A stretch of 64,000 nt of DNA from a virus. Positions within the stretch are counted from its first letter, which is position 1. Each line of letters opens with the position of its first letter. The translations under genes and the position numbers were made by a program. Of the stretch, positions 28,757 through 39,280 are shown piece after piece. The notes under the pieces are model-generated. The model searched no databases, had not been told where the DNA came from, and was given only the letters and a program-made list of their open reading frames with translations. The stretch spans positions 1-64,000 of IMG/VR virus record IMGVR_UViG_3300017917_003565; one strand, given 5' to 3'.

Positions 28757-30733
28757 TTAAACAAAACTAATGGTCAAACCGGATCCTGATATAGAAAGTG
28801 CAGATCCTTGAAAAGACAATCTTTGTGATGGAACTGAGGAGTTGAAAATCACTCTTCTTGTGCTGCCCATACAGCTGACTAAATCTGCCCAATCTGCGCT
28901 GGTAGCGGTAGCAGGATCTGGTCCTTGGTAAAACGTGCTTGAGCTTTGTTCACCAAGGCTTTGTAGCCAGGTACGGATTTCTGGCCAACTCCAGCTTCGG
29001 TTGGTTTCTAATATCGTGGCTATCAACCCCACAGCCACTGGACATGCTGAACTGGTTCCGCTGAATCTAGTATCATAAGAAGTCAACCCGCCCGGAGTTT
29101 GATCATAACGAGGATAAGCGATTCCGTACGCACTTGTGCCCCATGCACTGGTCAAGGTGCCATCTCCTGGTGCATAGCAATCAATCTGATCGCCCATATC
29201 GCTGTAGTTGACCTTGCGCTCTTTGCCATCAGGCTGGGTGTCATCGTCTAAAGCACCTATGTTAATGGCAGGATACACAACCTGACCGCCCGATGAATAC
29301 TGTCCTAGGTGTTGTGGAAAACCTCTGCGACTGGTAGTATTGTAACAGGTGCTTCCAAACTCGTTGTGAGTAGCACTAGCCAAGGGAGTAGCCGCAGAAC
29401 TAGACCAATAGTTGTTGAAATCGGCGCTGTTGGATGCCACTTGTTTTTGATTGCTGTTGCCAGCGGCCACAACAAAAATAACACCACTGGCTACGAGCTC
29501 GTCTCCGGCTGTGGTCAGATTGTTGGTCAGCATTTCTCCTTTGGCGCGACCACCGTCGCCTGCACTGCCAAGATAGGCCATGAATGCAGGTTTAGATCCC
29601 GAATACGCAACTCCTCCGCTACCTGAAGTTCCTTGACGGAAGTAATAGTATCCGGTGCTAGGTATAGTAGCACGGAACCCCCAACTGTTGCTGCTTATGG
29701 TAGGATCCTTGGTACCATAGGTAGGATTTACTGGTTTGTTGACGTGGAATATCTTCATCACATCAAAATACAAATCAACATTTAGACCAAACCCATAAGA
29801 TCCATAGGCATCTATAAACCATTTGTTGGCATTGTAGGCCCAGCCATAGGTTCTTCCATAGGCCAACCCAGCGCAGGCAGTACCATGTTGTCCTTCAGCT
29901 GACACTGCACTATTGGTGCCATTGCAGTTGGCACGAGTATAGGTACCAGGTATTGTAACTGTACCTGCTGTGCTGAACTGACTGCTTCTGGCAGACGAGT
30001 TGCCCCACCATTCTCTGGCCACGCTTTCCACAGGTACTGTGGTACCGTCCCAACGTGTGGTCAATCGAGTACCTGGGTTGGCGTTAAACCAAGCCGGATC
30101 AATATAGTAAGGTCCTTCGAGCACCACATCTAACACTCCGCAGGTGCCACCGGCAGACAGTTTGTTGCCTGGAACATAATCAGTGGGGCCGGTACCGGTG
30201 TCATTGAACTCGGCATGACCAAACCAACAGCCTTCGTCACCTACTATGACATCGATATCTCTACCGGTATTGGTATTGGGGATGGTATTGGCCAGGATGG
30301 TACTGACCGCTTGCCCTTGCCAAGGATTGGCGCTTTGGGCGCTGCGCAACAGTTGATATCCGGCTCGATTTAGCTCTGTGCTAGTGGCAGGATTTGGCAA
30401 CAGTCCACTGAAGTTTCTATAGTTTTTTACTGTGCTGGTATAGCGTGTGGGATCGCATCGCAGTTGATCAGGACAAGGCGGAAACAGCTCTGGATATTTG
30501 GATTTGTCCAAGTCTACAAATTTAACATCCGAACACTGCCTTACTAAATCTGCTTCCTCATCGGTCATGAGATAAATGGCTCGAGTAGGGCTATGATCCA
30601 TTTCATCGGTACATTCTACAGACCTAGGTGGTATATTGTCATCCAAGGTCCCATCTTGTGTAAGAGCCGTGTGTACCTGGGTCCAAACTTCCGGAGCTGT
30701 TACTCCAACTACATAGTATTTTTTCTCACTCAT
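28757..30733 (-). CDS. Subtilisin-like S8 serine protease
   Basis: IVGDEG (Asp), HGTACAG (His), AAGN, SGTSSACP (Ser); N-terminal prodomain. Confidence 0.85.
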   Translation of the reverse strand: MSEKKYYVVGVTAPEVWTQVHTALTQDGTLDDNIPPRSVECTDEMDHSPTRAIYLMTDEEADLVRQCSDVKFVDLDKSKYPELFPPCPDQLRCDPTRYTSTVKNYRNFSGLLPNPATSTELNRAGYQLLRSAQSANPWQGQAVSTILANTIPNTNTGRDIDVIVGDEGCWFGHAEFNDTGTGPTDYVPGNKLSAGGTCGVLDVVLEGPYYIDPAWFNANPGTRLTTRWDGTTVPVESVAREWWGNSSARSSQFSTAGTVTIPGTYTRANCNGTNSAVSAEGQHGTACAGLAYGRTYGWAYNANKWFIDAYGSYGFGLNVDLYFDVMKIFHVNKPVNPTYGTKDPTISSNSWGFRATIPSTGYYYFRQGTSGSGGVAYSGSKPAFMAYLGSAGDGGRAKGEMLTNNLTTAGDELVASGVIFVVAAGNSNQKQVASNSADFNNYWSSSAATPLASATHNEFGSTCYNTTSRRGFPQHLGQYSSGGQVVYPAINIGALDDDTQPDGKERKVNYSDMGDQIDCYAPGDGTLTSAWGTSAYGIAYPRYDQTPGGLTSYDTRFSGTSSACPVAVGLIATILETNRSWSWPEIRTWLQSLGEQSSSTFYQGPDPATATSADWADLVSCMGSTRRVIFNSSVPSQRLSFQGSALSISGSGLTISFV

Positions 30734-30741
30734 GTCATACT

Positions 30742-32103
30742 TCAAAATAGGGTTACTGAGCCCCAACCAGAACTGTAGTAGATCTGTGGGTAGCCGGTAG
30801 TGGTGTTGTAGACCATGTCACCGAGCTGAGGAGAGAGAGCATTGATTTGAGATTGATTGAGATTAGGCAATCTAAACGGGCCGCCGCCAGTGGCACTGAC
30901 ACGCACCGGCGAGGACAGACTAAGATCAGTTGATGAGCTGATTGCAGGTGAACCTGCTCCGGCACCCACAAAGTTGCCGGCTATAACATTTCCTGACACG
31001 CTCAAACTGGTCAAAGTGCCCACAGATGTCAATGAACTGGTGACCACGTTGGAACTCAAAGTAGTGCCTGTGAGCAATGCGGCATTGCTGCTGGTAGACA
31101 CCCCAGTGAGCTGGCTACCATTGCCAATAAAATATGCACCAGTAACATTGCCTGTAGCACTTACTACCCCGACTGTTCTTAGGTTTCCGCCTGCGATGTT
31201 TCCACCAGTGATGTTGCCTGTGGCACTGATTAACCCACCGGTCAACAAGTTTCCGCCTGTGACGTTGCCAGCGGTAACTGTACCAGTGGTAGAAATAGTA
31301 TTGCTACCAAATGCGGACAATAACGTGACTACGTTGGCATTAGAATAGGTGGTTGGTAATCCTGTGAGTTGGCTACCATTGCCCAAGATATAACTGCCGC
31401 TGACATTGCCAGCGGCTGACACTACTCCAGCTGTAGTTATATTTCCGCCGGTGACGTTGCCTGTGGCTGTGACCTGTCCTGTGGTTCTTAGATTACCACC
31501 GGTGACATTACCGGTCGCGGTTAGGACACCACCAGTGAGCAAGTTACCACCAGTGATGTTGGACCCACTGGTAACAGTTGACGTCGCTGAGATCTGTCCA
31601 GCAGTAAACATGTTACCGCCTGTGACATCTCCAGTGGCCGAAATCACTCCAGTTGTGGTTAGATTACCGCCTGTGACGTTGCCTGTGGCTACTACACGTC
31701 CAGCAGTGTTGATATTGGCACCAGTGATGTTGCCGGTGGCTGTGACCAACCCTACAGTTCTTAAGTTGCCGCCCTGTATAGTGCTAGTGGCTGAGATCTG
31801 CCCAGCAGTTAATATATTTCCGCCTGTGACGTTGCCTGTGGCTGTAACGGAACTGACTGTGACATTTCCGCTGAGATTTCCGCTGACGTTGCCTACCACG
31901 TTGCCTAAAAAGTATGACGCTGTTACGTTACCAGTCACAGTAAGTGCTGTAAGTGTACCTACTGATGTTATATTGGGTTGAGAGCTACTGGTTACAAGAC
32001 CAGCTGTGGTTGCAAAAGCCTTGACATTGGCAAAATTTACATCAAGCTGACTTAAAGGAATCTGTCCAACTTCGTCGGCAAATATGTATGGTACTACTGG
32101 CAT
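30742..32103 (-). CDS. Tail-fibre-like repeat protein
   Basis: Many ~17-aa SATGNVTGGN repeats. Confidence 0.7.
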   Translation of the reverse strand: MPVVPYIFADEVGQIPLSQLDVNFANVKAFATTAGLVTSSSQPNITSVGTLTALTVTGNVTASYFLGNVVGNVSGNLSGNVTVSSVTATGNVTGGNILTAGQISATSTIQGGNLRTVGLVTATGNITGANINTAGRVVATGNVTGGNLTTTGVISATGDVTGGNMFTAGQISATSTVTSGSNITGGNLLTGGVLTATGNVTGGNLRTTGQVTATGNVTGGNITTAGVVSAAGNVSGSYILGNGSQLTGLPTTYSNANVVTLLSAFGSNTISTTGTVTAGNVTGGNLLTGGLISATGNITGGNIAGGNLRTVGVVSATGNVTGAYFIGNGSQLTGVSTSSNAALLTGTTLSSNVVTSSLTSVGTLTSLSVSGNVIAGNFVGAGAGSPAISSSTDLSLSSPVRVSATGGGPFRLPNLNQSQINALSPQLGDMVYNTTTGYPQIYYSSGWGSVTLF

Positions 32104-32143
32104 CTCTGTGGTCCTTTAAGTGATAAACTGATCATATTTAGAT

Positions 32144-34465
32144 TCATTCTAAAATGTTGCGCTTGGGGAATACCAAATATTTATCGTACTCATTGGTGTT
32201 AGAGTACATGTCAACTGGTGCTATAAACTGCAGGCTGCCATGATCGAAAATGGTTGCGTTTTCTCCAGTGTAACCACCAGATTCCCAATCAATCACATCG
32301 AGATTGCTGTTGATCCACTGCACTGTCTGTGGAACATCGTTTTGCCATGTCGCTATGCTTGATTTGATGTCAAATGTGGTCAAGGATGGCGGAGTTGGAT
32401 TCCATTGTTGGGTGTCACGGTCCCAGTTCTTGGTCAACAAGTTGTCAAGTTCATATCTATCAACTTCAAAGTCTACTAGATTTAACTGGCTGGTAAACTG
32501 AGTCTGTATGTTATAGGCTATTTGACCGCCAAATCCGGGCTTGGCGTAGGCTATGACCCAGGCTGGAGTAAATCCCAACACAGTGCCATTGGATTGACGC
32601 GACAGCATCCAGCGTGGTAGTACACGACTGACCTGGCCCACTGTGTCAATGACTTGATCGCGCATGTTTTCCAAACTGTTGGGATACACGCTGTCTATTT
32701 CTTGTGGTGTGTTAGCGTCTATAGGAAAGGCCAATGGCACTTCTTTGTCTACACTCTGCCCTTGATTGTTAACTAGATCGTCCTGTATGGCGCTGTAAAC
32801 CACTTCATAGATTACATTGCCTGCATCGTCTACGGCTCGGGCTGTGCGTATTTCTCCCAGTACAAGATTTTTCCAGTAGTGATTCAGATCAAGGCTGGCC
32901 ACATACTCGTCAAGAGTGGCCGCTACCAGGCCATAGGCATGATAATAGATCACGCGGCGAGATACACCAAAGTTAAGATCGTCTCCTCGATAGATCAATT
33001 CTGGAGGAAAGATTGTGGGATCTTGTAACAGGTTAGCCAAGAGATCTCGATCATCTTTAGGAGGCATAGCCTGTATGTATAGATTGTCAAAGGGCTCTTC
33101 ATAGCGTCTGACCACAGTTATGCTGAAAGTCTTGTTTACACTGACCAAACCGTTGATGCTGTAGGCGTTGACAGTGAACACGGCGGTCATATCAAACGTG
33201 GTGGGTTGATCTACGGTGTTGAGGCCCACATCAAACACTGTGGTACCACCATCCAGTGCAAAAGTATCAAAGCTCACACGCCCTGCTATGTTGCCAGATG
33301 GTAAAAGTTGTAATCCTTGCGGTAGTCGGCTGTCACTACCCGACAACAATCGATATTGCAATGGTATGCCGCTGACATTTTGCGCCTCTACATAGAATGT
33401 GCTAGTAGCACCATTGTCGATCAATCCTAGATCCGATGGAGTTAACCAGATCACATCCGAGCTTACAGGTCCTGCTATGGTCAGGCTATACTGATAGATA
33501 TTGCTGATGATGCTGGGGTTGTCCAGTAATCGTATGCGTATACCAAAGTTATAAGTGTCGGATAACACCCCACCGAAAGGAATGAATCCATAGATCCATC
33601 CCGAAAGAGGATCCAAGGTCAACCCCGGAGGCAACGCCGTAGCAGCCACAAACTCAACCGCATCTCCTGTGACATCTAGTCCTTGGAACTGGAATGCATA
33701 AAAGTTGTCACTGCGAGTAGTTCCGATACTGCCCGTTGGGGTGGTTATGATCGGTATCTGGTAAGGCATGATGTCAGCAGTGATAAAAGTATTATCAGCA
33801 GTAACATAAGTGTTGTCCGCAGTCATTGCAGCTCGAGCATAGACCTTGATGTTGAATGTGCGGACATCAGAACTAAATCCGTTGGTGATTGATAGAGTGA
33901 ATGAGTAGGTCACTGACGGAATCGTGGTGCTGGGATTGGGCAACAGATAACCATTAATCACCCCTGTGCTGGATATGGTCAGCCCGGGCGGGAGAGCGCC
34001 CGATACCAAGGTCACGACAATGACAGAGTTGGGATCTGGATCTGAATACTGTACTTGCAAATCAGTGATCTGCTCACCATCAAACGCTGTCAATATAGTG
34101 CCTGCTGATGTGGTCCAAGTCACTAAACTTTGTCCAGTGACTGTGAGAGTAAAAGTTCGATCGGCCAACCCGGTGATCACAGTCACTCCGTTTACCACAG
34201 TCTTGGTATAGGCTCGGACCGCAAACTTGCTAGTGGTATCCAAGACCACATTGGATGGAATACCTTGTATTTCAGTGACAGTAGACTGAGGATTCCCAGC
34301 CAGCATGCCTGCTTGATCTATCTGTATTCCCGGTGGCAGTCGACCGGCTATGAGAGAATAAAAGACCTGGCTGTCCGCTGTGGCTACCAATGGTGTGCTG
34401 TAAAAAACACCTTCGGGTATGGTTGCTAGTGCGCCTGCTGGCGTGACCCAAGTTGGGATTGACAT
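32144..34465 (-). CDS. Baseplate-type structural protein with putative Ig-like domains
   Basis: Repeated G-LPPGL...G-I-G Ig/He_PIG-like units; structural context. Confidence 0.65.
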   Translation of the reverse strand: MSIPTWVTPAGALATIPEGVFYSTPLVATADSQVFYSLIAGRLPPGIQIDQAGMLAGNPQSTVTEIQGIPSNVVLDTTSKFAVRAYTKTVVNGVTVITGLADRTFTLTVTGQSLVTWTTSAGTILTAFDGEQITDLQVQYSDPDPNSVIVVTLVSGALPPGLTISSTGVINGYLLPNPSTTIPSVTYSFTLSITNGFSSDVRTFNIKVYARAAMTADNTYVTADNTFITADIMPYQIPIITTPTGSIGTTRSDNFYAFQFQGLDVTGDAVEFVAATALPPGLTLDPLSGWIYGFIPFGGVLSDTYNFGIRIRLLDNPSIISNIYQYSLTIAGPVSSDVIWLTPSDLGLIDNGATSTFYVEAQNVSGIPLQYRLLSGSDSRLPQGLQLLPSGNIAGRVSFDTFALDGGTTVFDVGLNTVDQPTTFDMTAVFTVNAYSINGLVSVNKTFSITVVRRYEEPFDNLYIQAMPPKDDRDLLANLLQDPTIFPPELIYRGDDLNFGVSRRVIYYHAYGLVAATLDEYVASLDLNHYWKNLVLGEIRTARAVDDAGNVIYEVVYSAIQDDLVNNQGQSVDKEVPLAFPIDANTPQEIDSVYPNSLENMRDQVIDTVGQVSRVLPRWMLSRQSNGTVLGFTPAWVIAYAKPGFGGQIAYNIQTQFTSQLNLVDFEVDRYELDNLLTKNWDRDTQQWNPTPPSLTTFDIKSSIATWQNDVPQTVQWINSNLDVIDWESGGYTGENATIFDHGSLQFIAPVDMYSNTNEYDKYLVFPKRNILE

Positions 34466-34466
34466 A

Positions 34467-36527
34467 TCACAATATCACCGCTTCAATAATCTTTTGACCC
34501 GGATCAAGATTGGTTTCTAAAGATTTAGCAAACACTGCCTGTCCATAGGTACGATCCAATCCTATGCTCTTGGCACTACCAGGTATAGAATCCGTGACTA
34601 GACCATCGCCTTTGGTCACTGGTCCCATCACATTGACCTTCACACGCCCACGCAGGGCTACGGGTATACCGTCAGCCCCGGCATTCATTAAGTGTGCTGG
34701 TTTGTCACTGATAACTCCAGCTACTCTAGCATCAGCGAATTCTGTGCAGATGGTTATTTCGGCATCTCCGCCAAATATCACTACCACTCCTGGCGCATAG
34801 GCCTGATCTGGCAGATAGTTTTCTGCAAGGTCTGCATACACCGCACTGGTGGACTGCGCAAACACTGTGTTAAAATAGTTGGTATCACTACCTATGTTAC
34901 CAATGGCATTACCATTGGCATTGATAATGTTGCCCAGAGTCACTGTGCCAGTGCCTACATTGAGATTGCCCACAGTGGCATTGCCTGTGGCAGTGATAGA
35001 TCCGGAGGTTTCTAAGTTGCCCACAGTGGTATTGCCTGTGGCAGTGATAGATCCGGAGGTTTCTAAGTTGCCCACTGTAGCATTACCTGTGGCCGATAGG
35101 ATGGCCGACACTACGTTACCAGTCACTGACAACGAAGTACCAGTCATGATGCCACCCGACACTGATATTGCTGAGACTGCTCCAGTCACCAAAAGATTAC
35201 CAATCACATCTTGACCCAAAGGTGTGAACAAAGCAACAGGAGCGATGCCATTGACATTGACTGATATATTACCGGCACTGCCGCCGATCAATACATTGGA
35301 GTTGCCATTTTGCAAAGTAGATACATTGACATCGGTCAGTAGGCTACCGTTGCCTATGATGTAGTTTCCAATGATGTTGCCTGTGGCCGAAACACGACCT
35401 CCGGTGTTGATATTACCCCCGGTGATGTTGGCAGTGGCAGCCACTGTAACTCCGGTGTAGTTGGCAGCAGAAATGTCACCACCTACATTGACATCCTGTA
35501 TCACGTTTAAGAATCCAGTGGTGCGTATGTTGCCTGTGGCCGAAATCTGGCCACCAGTGATGATATTGCCGCCGGTGATGTTGCCAATAGCCACCACTCG
35601 AGCCAAACTGTTGATGTTGTTGCCTACCACATTGCCAGCAGCATAGACAATATCATTGGAGTTGACATTGCCAGCTACCACGTTGGCGGTAGTGAACACA
35701 AACCCTGTGGTTCGCAGATTGCCAGCGTCTACGTTGCCTGTGGCGCTGACTGCGCCCAGGATGTTGAGAACATTGGGTCCACTGTTGTCAAATACCAGAC
35801 CTGCGGTAGCAGCCACGTTGCCGGCTCCATCATTGAATACCACTGCACCACCAGGCCCAGGAATGTTGGTGATGTTGGCCACGATGTTGCCAGTGAAGTT
35901 ACCAACAAAAAATCCTGCAGTCACGATGTTGCCCGTGGCACTGACTGTGCCGACGGTATCTATGTTGGCACCATTGACATTGCCGGCTGAGATATTGCCG
36001 TTGGTAGAGATGGTGTTACTGCCAAACGAGGACAACAATGTGACTACGTTGGCATCAGTATAAGTAGCCGGTAACCCTGTGAGTTGGCTACCGTTGCCCA
36101 AGATATAGTCTCCGGTGACGTTGCCGGTGGCTGATACTACACCATCCACATACTGTCCAGTAGTACTCACCACTACCACGTTGCTTAGTCCGCCCACACT
36201 CATGGTAATAGGAGCACCAAGGTCATCAATGCTGACGTTGCTAGTACCCAATGATATACTGGTAACCGAGATGTTACCAGTCTGGGCCAGTTGCCCCCAG
36301 ATCACTGTGCTGCCGTCATAGTCAGCAAAACAATAGTAAAAAAAGCTGGAATCATAGGCATACATACCGGCGGTGTCACCAAAAGTACCCACTAACGAAA
36401 TCGGGGGATCTGTTTGTACACGGCTGTAGAGCTCGCTGAAGTTGCTGTTGCAATAGTTAAATGCAGTGGCTAGGGGTGTTCCGTCACCGGAATTTTGTGG
36501 TGTGGTTACGATGGTAAGTTGAGCCAT
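34467..36527 (-). CDS. Tail-fibre-like repeat protein with C-terminal chaperone-like domain
   Basis: GDGTPLATAF N-terminus; GN repeats; YADLAENY...VALRGRV. Confidence 0.7.
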   Translation of the reverse strand: MAQLTIVTTPQNSGDGTPLATAFNYCNSNFSELYSRVQTDPPISLVGTFGDTAGMYAYDSSFFYYCFADYDGSTVIWGQLAQTGNISVTSISLGTSNVSIDDLGAPITMSVGGLSNVVVVSTTGQYVDGVVSATGNVTGDYILGNGSQLTGLPATYTDANVVTLLSSFGSNTISTNGNISAGNVNGANIDTVGTVSATGNIVTAGFFVGNFTGNIVANITNIPGPGGAVVFNDGAGNVAATAGLVFDNSGPNVLNILGAVSATGNVDAGNLRTTGFVFTTANVVAGNVNSNDIVYAAGNVVGNNINSLARVVAIGNITGGNIITGGQISATGNIRTTGFLNVIQDVNVGGDISAANYTGVTVAATANITGGNINTGGRVSATGNIIGNYIIGNGSLLTDVNVSTLQNGNSNVLIGGSAGNISVNVNGIAPVALFTPLGQDVIGNLLVTGAVSAISVSGGIMTGTSLSVTGNVVSAILSATGNATVGNLETSGSITATGNTTVGNLETSGSITATGNATVGNLNVGTGTVTLGNIINANGNAIGNIGSDTNYFNTVFAQSTSAVYADLAENYLPDQAYAPGVVVIFGGDAEITICTEFADARVAGVISDKPAHLMNAGADGIPVALRGRVKVNVMGPVTKGDGLVTDSIPGSAKSIGLDRTYGQAVFAKSLETNLDPGQKIIEAVIL
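34966..35086. repeat. 51-bp (17-codon) near-perfect tandem duplication
   Basis: ttgcctgtggcagtgatagatccggaggtttctaagttgcccac occurs twice, 51 bp apart. Confidence 0.9.
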
Positions 36528-36583
36528 AGATCTATATCCTCTGGTATGTATTTACCAGAACCCTGGTTCAGGGAGATAACCGC

Positions 36584-36910
36584 TCAGTAAGGGCTAAAAC
36601 TTGATCCGCAACCGCAGGTGGTCTGCGCAGAGGGATTTCGTATGGTAAAACTGCTACCGTATTGGTCTTCTCGGTAGTCTACTTCAGCGCCTTGCAAATA
36701 GCCGCCGCTCATGGAATCTACCAATATTTTAACACCCGAGACTTCGAGATCCCAGTCGTCTTCGTTTTGTTGCTCGTCCAAGGTGAATCCATACTGAAAA
36801 CCGGAACAACCACCACCCTGCACGAACACGCGAAGTTTGAGCTCAGGGTTGTTTTCTTCTGCTAGGATGTCTTGCAGTTTGGCCACTGCGGATTCAGTCA
36901 CAGTGATCAT
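36584..36910 (-). CDS. erpA: Iron-sulfur cluster insertion protein (ErpA/IscA)
   Basis: [17 protein letters not shown]; start MITVT. Confidence 0.9.
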   Translation of the reverse strand: MITVTESAVAKLQDILAEENNPELKLRVFVQGGGCSGFQYGFTLDEQQNEDDWDLEVSGVKILVDSMSGGYLQGAEVDYREDQYGSSFTIRNPSAQTTCGCGSSFSPY

Positions 36911-37467
36911 AGCCGCTCGTTGCAAACATCCCAATCAATGATTTTCCAGATGTTATCTAGGTAACGTTCTTTGTCGCTTTGATAATCTAGGGCCCAGGCA
37001 TGTTCCCACCAATCAATAAGCACGCATATATCTGTACGCACAGCATGGTTGCGTATAGTCTTGATTTCGCCCGTGGTCGAAAGATACACCCAACCTGACC
37101 CTTGGATCTTCATGGCCACATCCTTTATGGCTTCTTTGAAATCTTCATAGGTCTTGAATTTGCTTTCAATCAGTTCCAGCACAGCACCACGAGGTTTGTT
37201 AGCACCTTTTGGCGGTTTGAGCTGTGGGAAAAACTTGTTGTGCAAGAAACTGCCAGCGCGATTAAAATCAGGATCTCCTTCACCACTGTTGTATCTTTTT
37301 GCATAGCCCTTGGCCAAATGATCATAGTGATAGTCCATGGTTTCTTTTGACATCACAGGATATAGATCACCGGGTCCGTAGGGCAAAGGTGTGGTTTCCA
37401 GCTTGGCCGGACGAGTGGTAGCTTCTAAGAGATCGATATGTTCTCGCAGATGTGGTAAAAAATCCAT
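36907..37467 (-). CDS. Fe/Mn superoxide dismutase
   Basis: LPY, H and H ligands, GSGW, DWWEHAW. Confidence 0.85.
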   Translation of the reverse strand: MDFLPHLREHIDLLEATTRPAKLETTPLPYGPGDLYPVMSKETMDYHYDHLAKGYAKRYNSGEGDPDFNRAGSFLHNKFFPQLKPPKGANKPRGAVLELIESKFKTYEDFKEAIKDVAMKIQGSGWVYLSTTGEIKTIRNHAVRTDICVLIDWWEHAWALDYQSDKERYLDNIWKIIDWDVCNERL

Positions 37468-37895
37468 TAGGTTTGCCTCACTACTAATCCACCGGAGTTG
37501 TTGTAATACACCTGTCCTATAGACACACCGCCTGCAGCGGCGGTGGAATCATTGCTGAAAGGTCCTGCAAAAGAGAATCCTGTACCTGTTTCAAAGTTGG
37601 CCACTGTATTGGCCACTGAGTCCAGAGCGGCCTGGACATTGGATACTGCTGTGGGCCAATCTCCTGGGTTGGTTTCGGTATAGCTTACAGTATTGGCGCT
37701 TACGTTTCCGCCAAAACTCACTGCTACTCCGTTGGCATAACGATAGCCATCAGTTAAAATATTGGCAGTGTTGATATTGCCACTGATGGTGATGGTGTTA
37801 AAACTTACTGCATCAAGGTCAGCATCACCAATACTACCTTCTAAGGGGTTTTTGATCGAACGGGCTTTGCCGTCGTTGCCTTTTACAAATCCCAT
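37467..37895 (-). CDS. Hypothetical structural-like protein
   Basis: Start moved to MGFVKG after TAAATA and AAGGA. Confidence 0.55.
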   Translation of the reverse strand: MGFVKGNDGKARSIKNPLEGSIGDADLDAVSFNTITISGNINTANILTDGYRYANGVAVSFGGNVSANTVSYTETNPGDWPTAVSNVQAALDSVANTVANFETGTGFSFAGPFSNDSTAAAGGVSIGQVYYNNSGGLVVRQT

Positions 37896-37914
37896 AAAAT
37901 ATCCTTTATGGTAT

Positions 37915-38133
37915 TTATCGGCGCCGGGTAATACGTCCGCGGGTGAGATCATACGGGCTGAACTCGATTTCTACAACATCGCCCAACAACACTCGTATAT
38001 GATTCATGCGCATGCGGCCAGAAAGGCTGGCTAAAACGGGTTTTTCAAACTGTTCAAGTTGCACACGGTACATGGTATTTGGTAACACGTCTGACACGAC
38101 GCCTTCCATTTTGATCACATCATCTTTGCTCAA
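37915..38133 (-). CDS. infA: Translation initiation factor IF-1
   Basis: KDDVIKMEGVV, LPN, SGRMR, GDVV, SPYDLTRGRI. Confidence 0.93.
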   Translation of the reverse strand: MSKDDVIKMEGVVSDVLPNTMYRVQLEQFEKPVLASLSGRMRMNHIRVLLGDVVEIEFSPYDLTRGRITRRR

Positions 38134-38142
38134 AGTATTGTA

Positions 38143-38547
38143 TTATCTCCTCATTTTACTTATATCTTGAGCTTCTTGATCAGAAAAGATTGGCACAGCA
38201 TTTGATTTGTGCATGGTACCAATGCCTTTGATTTTAGTACCGGTATAGACCTTGTCTGCAGGACGAGCCGCTACTGCACCTGGAGTATCTGGAATACTGG
38301 GAATATGTTGCTGAGGCTCACGCCCAGGCGGATACTGCGGGCTCAAACGCACGATTTTGGTCACAGCAGGTCTTGCTTTGTTTGATGAAAAATGTGGAGC
38401 CAGATCGGCCCATTCACGTTGGTGTTGTTCCCATTGGGCCTGTAGATCACGTGCCTTTCTTGCGGCATCAGCCGACGCATACTTGCGGCGTTTTGATTTT
38501 ACCTTGCCTGTGGTTGTTAACCAAGGGCCTTCGAGATGCATGGTCAT
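38143..38547 (-). CDS. Hypothetical phage protein
   Basis: YTG...GTMHKSNAVP motif recalled from T4-like phages. Confidence 0.65.
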   Translation of the reverse strand: MTMHLEGPWLTTTGKVKSKRRKYASADAARKARDLQAQWEQHQREWADLAPHFSSNKARPAVTKIVRLSPQYPPGREPQQHIPSIPDTPGAVAARPADKVYTGTKIKGIGTMHKSNAVPIFSDQEAQDISKMRR

Positions 38548-38548
38548 G

Positions 38549-38650
38549 TTATACGCTACCCATCATGTTGCCAATAAAAAAACATACTACGCCAACCAAT
38601 GCTATAAAACCCCACTTGATATATACCCATTTGGATTTGATATCTACCAT
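38549..38650 (-). CDS. 33-aa single-pass membrane peptide
   Basis: Manual translation MVDIKSKWVYIKWGFIALVGVVCFFIGNMMGSV; AAGGAG RBS. Confidence 0.5.
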   Translation of the reverse strand: MVDIKSKWVYIKWGFIALVGVVCFFIGNMMGSV

Positions 38651-38669
38651 ATTTTTCTCCTTTTGATTT

Positions 38670-38903
38670 TTATTGTGGTTGTTGCAGTTGTTCCCACATG
38701 TATTCCGAATCTTTGATCCAGGCTTCGGTAGAAATCCAACCTTTGCTTATGGCCAACTGAACAATCTTTTGCACATCAGCAGGGCACGATGATTCAATGG
38801 TGATGGCCGCACGTGGGTAATAGGCAAACCCTGAAACGATACAAAAGTCTTCGTCTTTGGCTGTTAGTCTACGCAACTGCGGATTGTCATATCTCAAGTT
38901 CAA
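38670..38903 (-). CDS. Hypothetical protein
   Basis: 77 aa, TTG start after AGGAG. Confidence 0.55.
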   Translation of the reverse strand: MNLRYDNPQLRRLTAKDEDFCIVSGFAYYPRAAITIESSCPADVQKIVQLAISKGWISTEAWIKDSEYMWEQLQQPQ

Positions 38904-38965
38904 AATAAAACTCCTATTTTACTATACCAATATTATAGCACGATAGGAGTTTTTGGTCAACCATA

Positions 38966-39280
38966 TTATTTGAACAGTATCATGGCCATGATCACGGCCT
39001 GTAGTATAAACCCAAGCCCAATAGTGATGACATTCAGCATGTCTTTGAGCACTACGGCCCGGAAAAACAACAGGATTAGGCCAGTCCACATGAACAACAC
39101 AATGTCCAGATTGGGTACCGTGTCGCTAAGTCCAGTCAACAGTGCAAGAAGCGTGGGCACGGTGGCACAGTGTATGACCACCACGGCCAACCAGCCCAGG
39201 GTTTCAGCACTTACTTTGGGCAAGTGTTGTTCTAACCAAGTTCTTGCAGATTTCAAATAAGCGTCTAATTTTTCGATCAT
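38966..39280 (-). CDS. Membrane protein (3 TM)
   Basis: Hydrophobic helices; coupled to hydrolase gene. Confidence 0.65.
   Translation of the reverse strand: MIEKLDAYLKSARTWLEQHLPKVSAETLGWLAVVVIHCATVPTLLALLTGLSDTVPNLDIVLFMWTGLILLFFRAVVLKDMLNVITIGLGFILQAVIMAMILFK

Noticed and set aside
30742-36527. Diversity-generating retroelement repeats in fibre genes
   Set aside because: Repeats are in-frame coding units without adenine-specific variation; no RT present
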